Below are positions 22,184 to 31,771 of a DNA stretch of 55,441 bases, piece by piece. The DNA comes from Brevinematales bacterium (GTDB lineage Bacteria > Spirochaetota > Brevinematia > Brevinematales > JAOACQ01). The notes beneath the pieces are model-generated. The model was not told the origin of the DNA and made no database searches. It was given only the letters and a program-made list of their open reading frames with translations. Where the stretch lies: the NCBI GenBank assembly GCA_026417755.1, contig JAOACQ010000104.1, positions 1 to 55,441 of the forward strand, written 5' to 3'. Within the stretch, counting starts at the first letter, position 1, and every line of letters starts with the position of its first letter. The position numbers and the translations under genes are program-made.

Positions 22184-23542
22184 TTATTTTCCAATACAAA
22201 ATTTTGAAAAAATTTTATTTAAAATTTCTTCATCTTTAGTTATCCCAATTATCTCTTCAATGCTACTTTTTGCTTTTCGGAGGTCACTGGCTATGAATTC
22301 TTCTGACATATCCTGCTTTAACGCATTTATAGCCTTATCAATATAATTCAGTGCCTTTTCTAGCAGATTTTCCTGTCTGATATTAGTTATCAAAACGTCA
22401 TTTTCTGGAGAATAACCAAGTGAAAAGTAGAATCTTTCTATTTCATCCTCTATCTTTGATAAATCTTTTTGATTTAAAGCAGAAATTTTTATAGGCTCTT
22501 TACCAAAAAAATAGTTTATTTCTTCCACTGTTGTTACCATTGGCAAATCAATTTTGTTTAATACAATAATATACTCCTTGTTTCTCAAAAGTTCAAAAAT
22601 ATTTTTATCTGTTTCATTTAATTTTCTGTTACAATCCAAAACAAAGAAAATTAAATCAGCTTCTTCGATTATTCTTTTTGTCTTTTCCATTCCTTTTTGT
22701 TCAAGCAAATCTTCTGAATTTCTTAATCCAGCCGTGTCAAAAAGTTTAACACTTATACCTCTTACAGATATTTCGTCAGAAATAACATCTCTTGTTGTTC
22801 CAGCTATATCTGAAACTATAACTCTATCTTCTTTGAGTAGAGCATTCATAATACTTGATTTTCCAGTATTTGGGGCTCCAACAATAGCAATCTTCAGTCC
22901 GTTGATACTTATTTTCCCCGCACGGGAAGTTGAAAGTAGTTTTTTGATTTGCAATCTTAAATCTTCAATAGTGTTAAATATTTTTTCAGAAGAAATAAAT
23001 GTTTCCTCTAAATCACTATGATCAATGCTTGCCTCAATGAGAGAAATTAATTCTAATAAGCCATCTTCAATTTGAAGAAGTGTTGATTTTAATTTTCCGG
23101 TTAATTGAGAAATCCCAGCAAGATGTGAATATTTTGTATGAGCTTTAATAATATCATTTACTGCTTCGGCTTTTAATAAGTCCATTTTGCCATTGAGATA
23201 AGCCCTTTCCGTAAATTCACCCGGTTTGGCTAGTCTTGCACCTTTTTTAATTATCAATTCAAGGATAATTTTTAGAATAAAAGGACTGCCATGACATGAG
23301 ATTTCGGCTAAATCTTCTCCAGTATAAGACTTTGGGCCTTTGAAAAGAGTAATAAGAACCTCGTCGATGATTTTGTTTTCATCAATAATCTTTCCAAACA
23401 AAACTTGAGGGTAAGAGGTTTTCCATTCTTTTATAGAAAAAATACTTTTTACTATACTAAAACAATCCTTTCCACTTATCCTTATCACACCTATTGCACT
23501 TTCACCTATAGGAGTTGCAATAGCCGCAATTGTATCGTTCAT
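22184..23542 (-). CDS. mnmE: tRNA modification GTPase MnmE
   Basis: N-terminal DTIAAIATP, G-domain GAPNTGKSS / DTAG / NKID, C-terminal CIGK. Confidence 0.95.
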   Translation of the reverse strand: MNDTIAAIATPIGESAIGVIRISGKDCFSIVKSIFSIKEWKTSYPQVLFGKIIDENKIIDEVLITLFKGPKSYTGEDLAEISCHGSPFILKIILELIIKKGARLAKPGEFTERAYLNGKMDLLKAEAVNDIIKAHTKYSHLAGISQLTGKLKSTLLQIEDGLLELISLIEASIDHSDLEETFISSEKIFNTIEDLRLQIKKLLSTSRAGKISINGLKIAIVGAPNTGKSSIMNALLKEDRVIVSDIAGTTRDVISDEISVRGISVKLFDTAGLRNSEDLLEQKGMEKTKRIIEEADLIFFVLDCNRKLNETDKNIFELLRNKEYIIVLNKIDLPMVTTVEEINYFFGKEPIKISALNQKDLSKIEDEIERFYFSLGYSPENDVLITNIRQENLLEKALNYIDKAINALKQDMSEEFIASDLRKAKSSIEEIIGITKDEEILNKIFSKFCIGK

Positions 23543-25206
23543 AACTGAACTTTTTTGTCGATATTGATTATTTCCTGTTCAACAATGGAGAATAAGTTTT
23601 GAACCGTCCAGTATAAAACAAGACCACTTGGCATACTCCAGAAGATAAAAAGGAAAAATATAGGTAACAAATAATTGTTAATAAATTGTTGTTCTTTGGC
23701 AACACCGGGATTTCTAAGACTTTGAATTCTCATCTGAAAGATTTGAACAACAGTCATAACTATTGGCAAAAGGTTAAAATTAAATGATAAAAATGGCAAA
23801 CTTACCTTGAATAAGGTATCCGGCATTGTAAGGTCTTTTATCCAAAGAAAAGATGCTCCTTTCAATTCAACAGAGCTTGACAATACTCTATAAAGAACAA
23901 AAAACACAGGAAATTGTAATAGGAGTGGTAGACACCCACCTAAAGGATTAACTTTCTCCTGTCTGTATAATTCTGCAACCTTCTGATTTAAAGTATTTGG
24001 GTCATCTTTATATTTCTCTTGAAGTCTTTTAAGTTTTGGTTGAAGAAGGTTTGACTTTTTGATTGAAACTGCCGCTTGAATAGAAAGTGGTGAAAGAAGG
24101 AGTTTTATTACAAGAGCAAGTATAATTATGGTAACACCCCAATTTTTTACCATCGAAGCAATAATGTGAGCAAGTTTATAAAGACCAAATTCCATTGGTT
24201 TCATAAACCAGTTAAAAGCAGCAGGCCAGCTGAATAATTTTTTGTATGTTTTATCCATTTTTCCAAGAATGTATTGATCTTTTGGACCAACATAAAGTTC
24301 AATTTTATAGCTTTTTTCTTCGGATGCAGCAAGTTTTAAGTTAGGTATTTCAATCCCGGCAGCTATTTCAGAATAAAATTTTTCTTCTTTCAAAAGCAAA
24401 AATTTTGCACCATAGTCACTGAAATCAGGTTTCGCAAGAGCAATAAAATAACTATTATGAACTGAAAACCATTTTGGTGAGTTTATATATGATAAATGCT
24501 CTCTTTTTTTAAATAAGCCACCTTTTAAAACCTGTTTTGGTTTTTTATCAAGATAGTAATCGGCTATTAACATTGCCTGTGCATTTTTTTCTTCTATATT
24601 AGCAAGTCCAAAAGAAATGGGTATTGAAATAGATTTTCCTTCAAAATCAAGCAATAAATCCTCTTTTGAATTATTCTTAATTTTCACTTCATAAATTATT
24701 CTATAATTGTCTTCAAGTTTGTATATTTTGTTAACAGAGAATTTTTTCCCATTGTATTTGATTTCAGTTTCGAGAGTTATTGAATTACTATCAATAGTGG
24801 TAATTTTATATATTGGCCTATCCTTCACTTTTTCTATATTTTCAACTTGTCCAAAAAACAAATCCCCAGTATAATAAGCATTACTTTGCCAGTATAATTT
24901 AATAGGGGCTTTCGACTGATTCCACTTGCCATCAACATATAGGTCTACAATTCTTCCTCCTACATTTTCTATATCAACTATAAGATAATCATTTGAAAGC
25001 CTATTTGTAATAGGTTGAATCTTTCTATCCATTTCTATAGAAGCGGTTAAGTTAATATTCTCAATCTGATTTGTTATAACTTGCCCTTGAACTGGTTGTT
25101 GCTCAGGCTGTTGAGGTTTTGGCATAAAATAGTAAGAAATAAAAATAAAGACAGAAGAAACAAGAAACGCAATCAAAATCCTTCTTTCATAACCTTCGTT
25201 GTTCAT
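23539..25206 (-). CDS. yidC: membrane protein insertase YidC
   Basis: Large periplasmic domain plus the conserved C-terminal 60-kDa insertase region (NPLGGCLPLLLQFPVFF). ATG 25206 has GGAGG 5 nt upstream and is preferred over 25260. Confidence 0.92.
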   Translation of the reverse strand: MNNEGYERRILIAFLVSSVFIFISYYFMPKPQQPEQQPVQGQVITNQIENINLTASIEMDRKIQPITNRLSNDYLIVDIENVGGRIVDLYVDGKWNQSKAPIKLYWQSNAYYTGDLFFGQVENIEKVKDRPIYKITTIDSNSITLETEIKYNGKKFSVNKIYKLEDNYRIIYEVKIKNNSKEDLLLDFEGKSISIPISFGLANIEEKNAQAMLIADYYLDKKPKQVLKGGLFKKREHLSYINSPKWFSVHNSYFIALAKPDFSDYGAKFLLLKEEKFYSEIAAGIEIPNLKLAASEEKSYKIELYVGPKDQYILGKMDKTYKKLFSWPAAFNWFMKPMEFGLYKLAHIIASMVKNWGVTIIILALVIKLLLSPLSIQAAVSIKKSNLLQPKLKRLQEKYKDDPNTLNQKVAELYRQEKVNPLGGCLPLLLQFPVFFVLYRVLSSSVELKGASFLWIKDLTMPDTLFKVSLPFLSFNFNLLPIVMTVVQIFQMRIQSLRNPGVAKEQQFINNYLLPIFFLFIFWSMPSGLVLYWTVQNLFSIVEQEIINIDKKVQL

Positions 25207-25314
25207 AAATCCTCCAAAAAATTTACACATTATTTTAAAGATAATCAAAAAAAAAATCAAAGTAAAGTATAACGTATTATTAGATGTGGAAAAATCTAAA
25301 AATAGTAAAATTTA

Positions 25315-25761
25315 TCAAATGCAGGAACACCTTTCATCGCAGCATGATTCATAATTATGAATACTAATAAGATTTGAAGCAGCAATAAGTCCTGCTTTTA
25401 CAATGATCTCAGAAGGAATTGTCTCATAAGAAGTTCCATCAATCTCTATTTTTCTACATTCATAAGATTCGCAAACATCACTGCAAAGACTTTTACCAGT
25501 ATTGGCTTTAATATAATTCTCTATAGGAGAGTCATCAATCCATATACTATTAGAGTTCAAAGGATCTTTTTTAAACTCAGAAAAAGAAATTTCTTCTTTT
25601 TCTAAAACAACTTCTATACCCAAGGGAGAAAGAGACTGTTTAAGAATTAATAATGCCTCTTCAAGTTCTTCCTCAGTTGAACCACATCTATGACATGTTT
25701 TTCCATCATTTATAAGTCTTTTCCATTTAATAACAAGATTTTTTTTCTCATATTGATTCAT
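25315..25761 (-). CDS. Cys-rich putative metal-binding protein, DUF2703-like
   Basis: GKTCHRCGST near the N-terminus, CSDVCESYEC in the middle, CCDERCSC at the C-terminus. Family assignment is from memory of DUF2703-type sequences. Confidence 0.55.
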   Translation of the reverse strand: MNQYEKKNLVIKWKRLINDGKTCHRCGSTEEELEEALLILKQSLSPLGIEVVLEKEEISFSEFKKDPLNSNSIWIDDSPIENYIKANTGKSLCSDVCESYECRKIEIDGTSYETIPSEIIVKAGLIAASNLISIHNYESCCDERCSCI

Positions 25762-26107
25762 ACTATTAACCTCTCCGAATTAGTTTAAAGAGTTTAATTT
25801 TATACAAAAAATACACGCAGCATCGCAAATTAAATATCCACTAAAAGCTATTTCACTATTCAGAAATTTAAAATGTATAAAATTATAATCTATAAGCTGA
25901 AAGAAGTCAATTCAAATTTTATAAAAGTATTGGTTTCAAGACAAAATATAACAATTTTATAAGATTGTAATTATTATAATATTTTTAAATCCCTGAGACT
26001 ATAAAATAAAGCGAGAATTGTTGTTTAAAAAAATTTTTTAAAATTGTTGAAAAGTTAAAAACTTGATGTTAATTTTAAACAAAATATTAAAATTAAGGAG
26101 GCAGAAA

Positions 26108-29100
26108 ATGCACAGGAAAAATTTAGGCTTGATTTTGATTTCAAGTCTATTACTTTCTTTACTTTTTGCGTGTTCAATTACGGACAATTCTCAAGGGAAC
26201 AATGGGGGTGGTTCGGGAAACTCAAGTAGCCAGTCTTCAGCACCCGATTTAACCCCACCAAATCTGACAATCTCCAACCCAACAAATGATCAAGAAGTTG
26301 GAGAAAATTTCACCTTTGAAGGAACTGTTTCTGATACTGGTTCCGGAGTAAAGGCCGTCTACGTAGCAATAGACGACCCATCAAATTTTAAAAAGGCAAA
26401 GATTACTGGAACTAGTTGGAGCACAAATATTTCTTCATTATCTTATGGCTTTCACACAAATTATGTCTATGCAGAAGATAATGCTGGAAATGTAACCCTC
26501 ACAAACGAAATCAAAATTATAAGAACAGCAGTACCGTCGGTAGTAATAAGCTCCCCTTCTGAGGGTTATATCACAAATCATAACACTATTGAATTCACAG
26601 GAAATGTATCAATTGAAAACCCATTTAATATCCAAAAACTTGAATATAGCATTGATGATGGGGCAAACTATAATACTATAACATATTCTGGAATATCCTG
26701 GAATTTAACAATTTCTCTCTCTGAAGGCACAAACATTATTAAGATCAAAGCTACAGCTAATAATGGAAAAACTACTGAAGTAACTAGAAAAGTTATTTTA
26801 GATACTATTCCTCCTGTTGTTAATATTACTTCTCCTTCAACTTATGAAGTAAGTTCAACTTACACATTAGCAGGAACTATTAGTGATAATATTTTATACA
26901 AATCTATATATGTAAAGTTGAATAATGGGACATATAAAGAAATTAACATTTCTGGAGGAAGTTGGTCTACAAATATTACTCTTTTATCCTATGGTAAACA
27001 TACAAACTACGTTTATGCAAAAGATATGGCGGGCAACACTTCTACCGAACTTATGTTACCTATAGAATATATGGCTATCCCTCAAGTTAATATCATCACA
27101 CCTCAAGACAACATTTTTACTAACGGAAACTTAATTGAAGTTAAAGCCTCTGCTTCTATTGATTCTCCTTATAATATTGATAAAGTAGAAATATCTTTAA
27201 ATAATTCTTCTTTTAAAGAAATGTCATTTGCAAGTGGAAATTGGTTGACAAATATTACATTATCTGAAGGCACAAATACTATTAAGATCAAAGCTACAGC
27301 TAATAATGGAAAATTTACAGAAGTAACCAGAAAAGTTATTTTAGATACTACTCCTCCTGTTGTTAATATTACTTCTCACACCAACAACCAATTTGTAGGA
27401 ACAAACTATCAACTTGCAGGTAATTTTACTGAGGCAAATATAGATAAAATCTTAATTTCTGTAAATAACGGAGTTTTTACTGAAGCAAATATCACAGGAA
27501 CAAGCTGGAACTATTCTTATAACATTATAAGCGGAACCTTACAAACAAACACCGTAAAAGCTATAGATAAAGCCGGGAATACTACAACAAAAGAAATCAT
27601 CTTAACCAACTCAAAAAGACTTGCATGGACAATTATGCTTCTTATGAATGGAGACAATGACCTTGAAGCAAATGCAATGCAGGATTTAAATGAAATAGAA
27701 GCTGGCCTTGGCGGTGCAGAGGAAAAAATTCATTTCATTGTTCTTGTTGACAGACATCCATCTTATGATACCTCTGATGGAAACTGGAAAGGAACCAGAT
27801 TATACTATATGAATTATGATAGTGCTGGTGTAAATAGTTCTTTAATTTCAAAGAGGCTCTCTGGTATGGGATTGTCTATCACAGGAGATTCAGATGAATT
27901 AAATCTTGGAGACCCAAATGTATTAAAATCTTTTGTTGAATATTCTACCTTATATTTCCCAGCAACAAACACAATGTTAATACTTTGGGATCATGGAGAT
28001 GGTTGGAGAAGCAAACTTCAAAACCCTCTACAGTTCCTAAAGATTAACAAAAGAGAAATTAATTTTACACCAACAAGAGATAAAAAAGATAAAACAGAAG
28101 AAAATATATTCTCTAAAATTTCCACAAAAATAAGTTCGATATTCAATTCTCAAGAAGATAATTCTGATCCTTATCCACTTAAAGCAATAAGTTTCGACTT
28201 TACTTCCCAGGATCAACTTTATAATTCAGAGGTAAGAACAGCTTTAACCGGGAAAAATCTTACAATTTTAGGAGCTGATGCATGTTTAATGGGGATGCTC
28301 GAAACAGCTTATGAATGGAAGAACCTGGCAGAATATCTTATTGCCTCACCAGAAACAGAAGATGGGGATGGATGGGAATATAATTTATGGTTACCTACAT
28401 TTTTATCAAGCAGTATGACCAAGCAAAACTTGTATCAATCAATTGTTGATAGCTATGCTAACAGATATTCTACAAAACAGGGAGCAACTCTTGCCGTTTA
28501 TGATCTATCAAAAATAAACTCTCTCTTTAATTCTTTTGAAGCATATGTCACTAATTTGTATAATGACCTACTTAATCCCTCTCACACCATCAAGTATTCA
28601 GAACATCTTTCAACGGTTTTAAATAATGTAGAAGCCTACACATTACCTGTTAGCAATGGGTATCACCATGTAGATGTATATGAGCTTGCTGACAAATTCG
28701 ACAAGGGTGGTGGGCTTGCGGTTAAAACAGCCCTAAACAATGCTGTAATTTACGAATGGCATCATACTGGAGGAGATATAGTTACAGGTAACCCAAATTC
28801 ACATGGAATGTCTGTATATTATTTCACTTGGACAAAAATAGGAACAAATTTGTACCCTGATGTCAAAACCGATTATTCTTTAAGTAATTTTACTCTTTTC
28901 AATCAATCTTCTATATGGGATTTATATGTCGATGCCTTAGTTTATCAATATGATTTTCCATGGCTATATCATAATGTAGAAATGAGTGGTTCTCTTATTA
29001 CAAACAAAGATAATAAATACTTCCAGTTTTATGTTTCAAAACCAGGGACTATTAAAGTTACTTTAAACTGGTCTACATCTGCAGACTTTGACTTATATCT

Positions 29101-29272
29101 TTATGATTCAAGAACCGGTAATCAGTTGGCATATTCAGATTCGACATCTAAACCAGAGATAATAAACACTTCTATTTTAAATCCCGGATGGTGCATCTTA
29201 CGGGCGAGAAGCTACTCAGGAACAGGTAACTTTACTATTAAAGTTGAAGGAATAACAGCAACACTTAAATAA
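26108..29272 (+). CDS. clostripain-like (peptidase C11) cysteine protease lipoprotein with five Ig-like modules and a C-terminal PPC-like domain
   Basis: AAGGAGG SD then ATG 26108. Lipobox LLFACS. Repeated ~90-aa modules. C11 pattern WTIMLLMNGDNDLE ... LWDHGDGW ... GADACLMG. C-terminal FDLYLYD pre-peptidase-like domain. Confidence 0.8.
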   Translation: MHRKNLGLILISSLLLSLLFACSITDNSQGNNGGGSGNSSSQSSAPDLTPPNLTISNPTNDQEVGENFTFEGTVSDTGSGVKAVYVAIDDPSNFKKAKITGTSWSTNISSLSYGFHTNYVYAEDNAGNVTLTNEIKIIRTAVPSVVISSPSEGYITNHNTIEFTGNVSIENPFNIQKLEYSIDDGANYNTITYSGISWNLTISLSEGTNIIKIKATANNGKTTEVTRKVILDTIPPVVNITSPSTYEVSSTYTLAGTISDNILYKSIYVKLNNGTYKEINISGGSWSTNITLLSYGKHTNYVYAKDMAGNTSTELMLPIEYMAIPQVNIITPQDNIFTNGNLIEVKASASIDSPYNIDKVEISLNNSSFKEMSFASGNWLTNITLSEGTNTIKIKATANNGKFTEVTRKVILDTTPPVVNITSHTNNQFVGTNYQLAGNFTEANIDKILISVNNGVFTEANITGTSWNYSYNIISGTLQTNTVKAIDKAGNTTTKEIILTNSKRLAWTIMLLMNGDNDLEANAMQDLNEIEAGLGGAEEKIHFIVLVDRHPSYDTSDGNWKGTRLYYMNYDSAGVNSSLISKRLSGMGLSITGDSDELNLGDPNVLKSFVEYSTLYFPATNTMLILWDHGDGWRSKLQNPLQFLKINKREINFTPTRDKKDKTEENIFSKISTKISSIFNSQEDNSDPYPLKAISFDFTSQDQLYNSEVRTALTGKNLTILGADACLMGMLETAYEWKNLAEYLIASPETEDGDGWEYNLWLPTFLSSSMTKQNLYQSIVDSYANRYSTKQGATLAVYDLSKINSLFNSFEAYVTNLYNDLLNPSHTIKYSEHLSTVLNNVEAYTLPVSNGYHHVDVYELADKFDKGGGLAVKTALNNAVIYEWHHTGGDIVTGNPNSHGMSVYYFTWTKIGTNLYPDVKTDYSLSNFTLFNQSSIWDLYVDALVYQYDFPWLYHNVEMSGSLITNKDNKYFQFYVSKPGTIKVTLNWSTSADFDLYLYDSRTGNQLAYSDSTSKPEIINTSILNPGWCILRARSYSGTGNFTIKVEGITATLK
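26720..26834 (+). repeat. intragenic direct repeat, copy 1 (115 nt)
   Basis: About 7 mismatches in 115 nt against 27263..27377 by hand alignment. The offset is exactly 543 nt (181 codons). Confidence 0.9.
27263..27377 (+). repeat. intragenic direct repeat, copy 2 (115 nt)
   Basis: See copy 1. Encodes LSEGTNTIKIKATANNGKFTEVTRKVILDTTPPVVNITS versus ...IIKIKATANNGKTTEVTRKVILDTIPPVVNITS. Confidence 0.9.
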
Positions 29273-29280
29273 TTTTTATA

Positions 29281-29313
29281 CCTGCCCATATTTATATATG
29301 GGCAGGTCTTTTA
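29281..29313 (+). terminator. intrinsic terminator after the protease gene
   Basis: CCTGCCCATA / TATGGGCAGG 10-bp stem, 6-nt loop, then TCTTTTAT. Confidence 0.75.
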
Positions 29314-29334
29314 TAAAATTAAAGGAGATAATTT

Positions 29335-29703
29335 ATGAAAAAAATAGTTTTATTTATAATTATTCTATTAATATCCTGTAAAACAGAAACTACAAATATT
29401 AAAGACACGCAAGAATTGAAAATTACAAAACAAATCGAATCCACTAATTTAACAAAAATAATAGCCAACCAATCTTCTAACGAAGAAAAAGGTTTAATAA
29501 AAATATACGAGAACAATCCAACAGTATACTTCATATTAAACTGGACATCAAAATCACAAAAATCTTATGAAGTAATTAACAAAAATGATTTCGACTTTTA
29601 TAAGTTAAACGGAAAAGTAATTAAAGCAAAAATTGAAGTAATAGAAGAAAGAGATTTTTCAGGAAAGTTAAAGATCATTAGTATATCAGAAATAATAAAC
29701 TAA
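29335..29703 (+). CDS. small hypothetical lipoprotein
   Basis: AAAGGAG SD. Signal peptide with LLISCK lipobox. 122 aa, no family recognised. Confidence 0.65.
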   Translation: MKKIVLFIIILLISCKTETTNIKDTQELKITKQIESTNLTKIIANQSSNEEKGLIKIYENNPTVYFILNWTSKSQKSYEVINKNDFDFYKLNGKVIKAKIEVIEERDFSGKLKIISISEIIN

Positions 29704-29704
29704 T

Positions 29705-31771
29705 CTATATCCCATATTTCTCTATCTTTGATCTTAAAGTATTTCTATTTATACCTAAAAAATCAGATGTCTGGAGTTGATTTCTATCAAATTTCAAGAG
29801 TGCCTTTGAAATCAACTCCTTTTCTATATTCTCAATTATAAAATCATAAACTCTATTCTCATAGGTAGGATTATTAACTATTTTTTCGATCCATTTTGAA
29901 ATATGTAATTCTGGCAAATCTTCCTCAGTCCTTAAATAATCTGGGAGGTCTTCTATTCCAATTTCACTACCTTCACACAACAGAACAGCTCTTTCAACAA
30001 TATTTTCAAGTTCTCTAACATTGCCCGGCCATTTATAATTCTGAAGAATAAGCAGAGCTTCTTCTGAAAACCCCCTAACTTTTCTATTGTTTTTTTCCGC
30101 ATATTTTTTTACAAAATAGTTTGCAAGTATTGGAATATCATCCTTTCTTTCTCTTAAAGGTGGAAGTTTTATTTCTATAACATTTATTCTATAAAACAAA
30201 TCCTCTCTGAACTTTCCTTCCTTGACCCATAGATCTATAGGCTTATTTGTAGCAGATATAAGTCTTATATCAATTTTAACCTTTGTTTCACTACCGAGAG
30301 GTTCTATTTCCTTTTCCTGTAATGCTCTCAAAATTTTTGCCTGCAAATACAAAGGCATATCACCTATCTCATCAAGAAATAAAGTCCCGCCATTAGCAAG
30401 CTGAAACTTACCTTTTTTATCAGTCGCTGCTCCAGTAAAAGCTCCTTTTTTATAACCAAACAATTCAGATTCAAGCAAAGTTTCGGGAATAGATGCACAA
30501 TTAATGCTCACAAAAGGGCCGTCTCTTCTACTACTCGCATAATGAATCGCCTTTGCTATAAGCTCTTTTCCTGTGCCACTCTCTCCAAGTATGAGAATTG
30601 AAGCCATACTATCAGCCACAGACTGAACAAGTTTGAAAATATCCATCATTTTTTTGTTTTTTCCAATAATGTTATTGAAACTATAATTTTTGTATAACTC
30701 CTGTTTTAATGTAACATTTTCTTCTATAAGATTCTCTCTTTCTTTAATAAGAAAATTAATATTTCTTATTTTGCCAGCTATAAAATTTGAAAGTATTACA
30801 AGAATTTCTTCGCTTTCTTTAAGAGTCTTTTCATCTTCAAACTTTTTTTCAACCGCTAATACTCCTATTACAACACCCTCTATCTTCAAAGGAACAGCAA
30901 TAAAAGAAATAGGAATATTTTTACTTCTTTTGATTTGCATTCTATTTAAAAATTCTTTTTCCTCATGAAGGTTTTTGATAGAAATTGGTTTACCTGTCTT
31001 AACAACTCTACCAACTATTCCTTCTCCTACTTTATAAATCCCTCGCTGCATTTCATCTTCAGATATATTAAAAGCCTTCTTCACTGATAAAACATTGAAT
31101 TCTTCATTCTCAAATGTTACCAGCATCCCCCTTGCTATTCCAAAATTTTCGGACATTTTTTTCATAATAAAATCAAAAATATCATCAAGCTCAAAAGACT
31201 TTTCAAGAGACGAAATCAAATCAATTAGCAAATCTTTTAATTTTATTTTATCTTCAAGTTCACTATAAAGTTCAATTTTGTTTAAAATCAAAGAAACAAA
31301 ATTTGAAATAGTTATTAATATCTGCAAATCTTCTTCTTTAAAAGCATCTTTTTTCTTACTATCAAGGCTTAAAACTCCTATAATTTTATTATCACAAAAA
31401 AGAGGAACAACAACCTCAGATTGAATATCTTCTCTTAATGGAATATAAAAAGGATTCAAACTCACATCATTTACTATCTTGGGAACCCCTTCTTTGAATA
31501 CAACTCCAGTGAGTCCTTCTCCTATTTTTATTTTTATACTATCGATTTTTTCTTTTTTAAATCCTCTATAATTAACAAAATTAAGTTCATCACTATCCTC
31601 ATCCTTAAACATAATAGAGCCAGTGTCAGCACCTGTGAATTCTATACATTTGTCCAGAAATAAATCAAGGATTTCCTTTAAATTATCTGATTTATTAAGA
31701 AGAAGTGTAAGATATTGAATTGTTTCAAGTTTTTTTACCTTTTCTTCCAGATTTTTAATTCTTTCTTCCAT
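29705..31771 (-). CDS. sigma-54-dependent transcriptional activator (EBP) with two N-terminal GAF domains and a C-terminal Fis-type HTH
   Basis: AAA+ sigma-54 interaction motifs GESGTGKE, ESELFGY, GAFTGA and GTLFLDEIG. Two GAF-like blocks precede them. Confidence 0.9.
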   Translation of the reverse strand: MEERIKNLEEKVKKLETIQYLTLLLNKSDNLKEILDLFLDKCIEFTGADTGSIMFKDEDSDELNFVNYRGFKKEKIDSIKIKIGEGLTGVVFKEGVPKIVNDVSLNPFYIPLREDIQSEVVVPLFCDNKIIGVLSLDSKKKDAFKEEDLQILITISNFVSLILNKIELYSELEDKIKLKDLLIDLISSLEKSFELDDIFDFIMKKMSENFGIARGMLVTFENEEFNVLSVKKAFNISEDEMQRGIYKVGEGIVGRVVKTGKPISIKNLHEEKEFLNRMQIKRSKNIPISFIAVPLKIEGVVIGVLAVEKKFEDEKTLKESEEILVILSNFIAGKIRNINFLIKERENLIEENVTLKQELYKNYSFNNIIGKNKKMMDIFKLVQSVADSMASILILGESGTGKELIAKAIHYASSRRDGPFVSINCASIPETLLESELFGYKKGAFTGAATDKKGKFQLANGGTLFLDEIGDMPLYLQAKILRALQEKEIEPLGSETKVKIDIRLISATNKPIDLWVKEGKFREDLFYRINVIEIKLPPLRERKDDIPILANYFVKKYAEKNNRKVRGFSEEALLILQNYKWPGNVRELENIVERAVLLCEGSEIGIEDLPDYLRTEEDLPELHISKWIEKIVNNPTYENRVYDFIIENIEKELISKALLKFDRNQLQTSDFLGINRNTLRSKIEKYGI

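Noticed and set aside
22554-23021. 155-aa + strand ORF inside mnmE. Similar embedded ORFs: 14731..14964, 15343..15576, 16383..16595, 18171..18371, 19775..20050, 20987..21184, 21221..21415, 25081..25272, 30222..30404, 30690..30968, 32212..32496, 36521..36712, 37102..37450, 37660..37902, 39027..39949 (three ORFs), 42696..43097, 43959..44192, 45808..46062, 46919..47414 (two ORFs), 49078..49260, 49630..49836, 50417..50674, 51810..51995, 53927..54244 and 55081..55278.
   Set aside because: All overlap strongly supported genes on the opposite strand or in another frame, and all lack recognisable motifs and ribosome-binding sites.
25824-25840. Sigma-54-like string TGGATATTTAATTTGCG on the minus strand upstream of the DUF2703-like gene.
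   Set aside because: The GG-to-GC spacing is one nucleotide too long and the -24 element is TGGAT rather than TGGCA. Sigma-54 promoters do not tolerate spacing changes.
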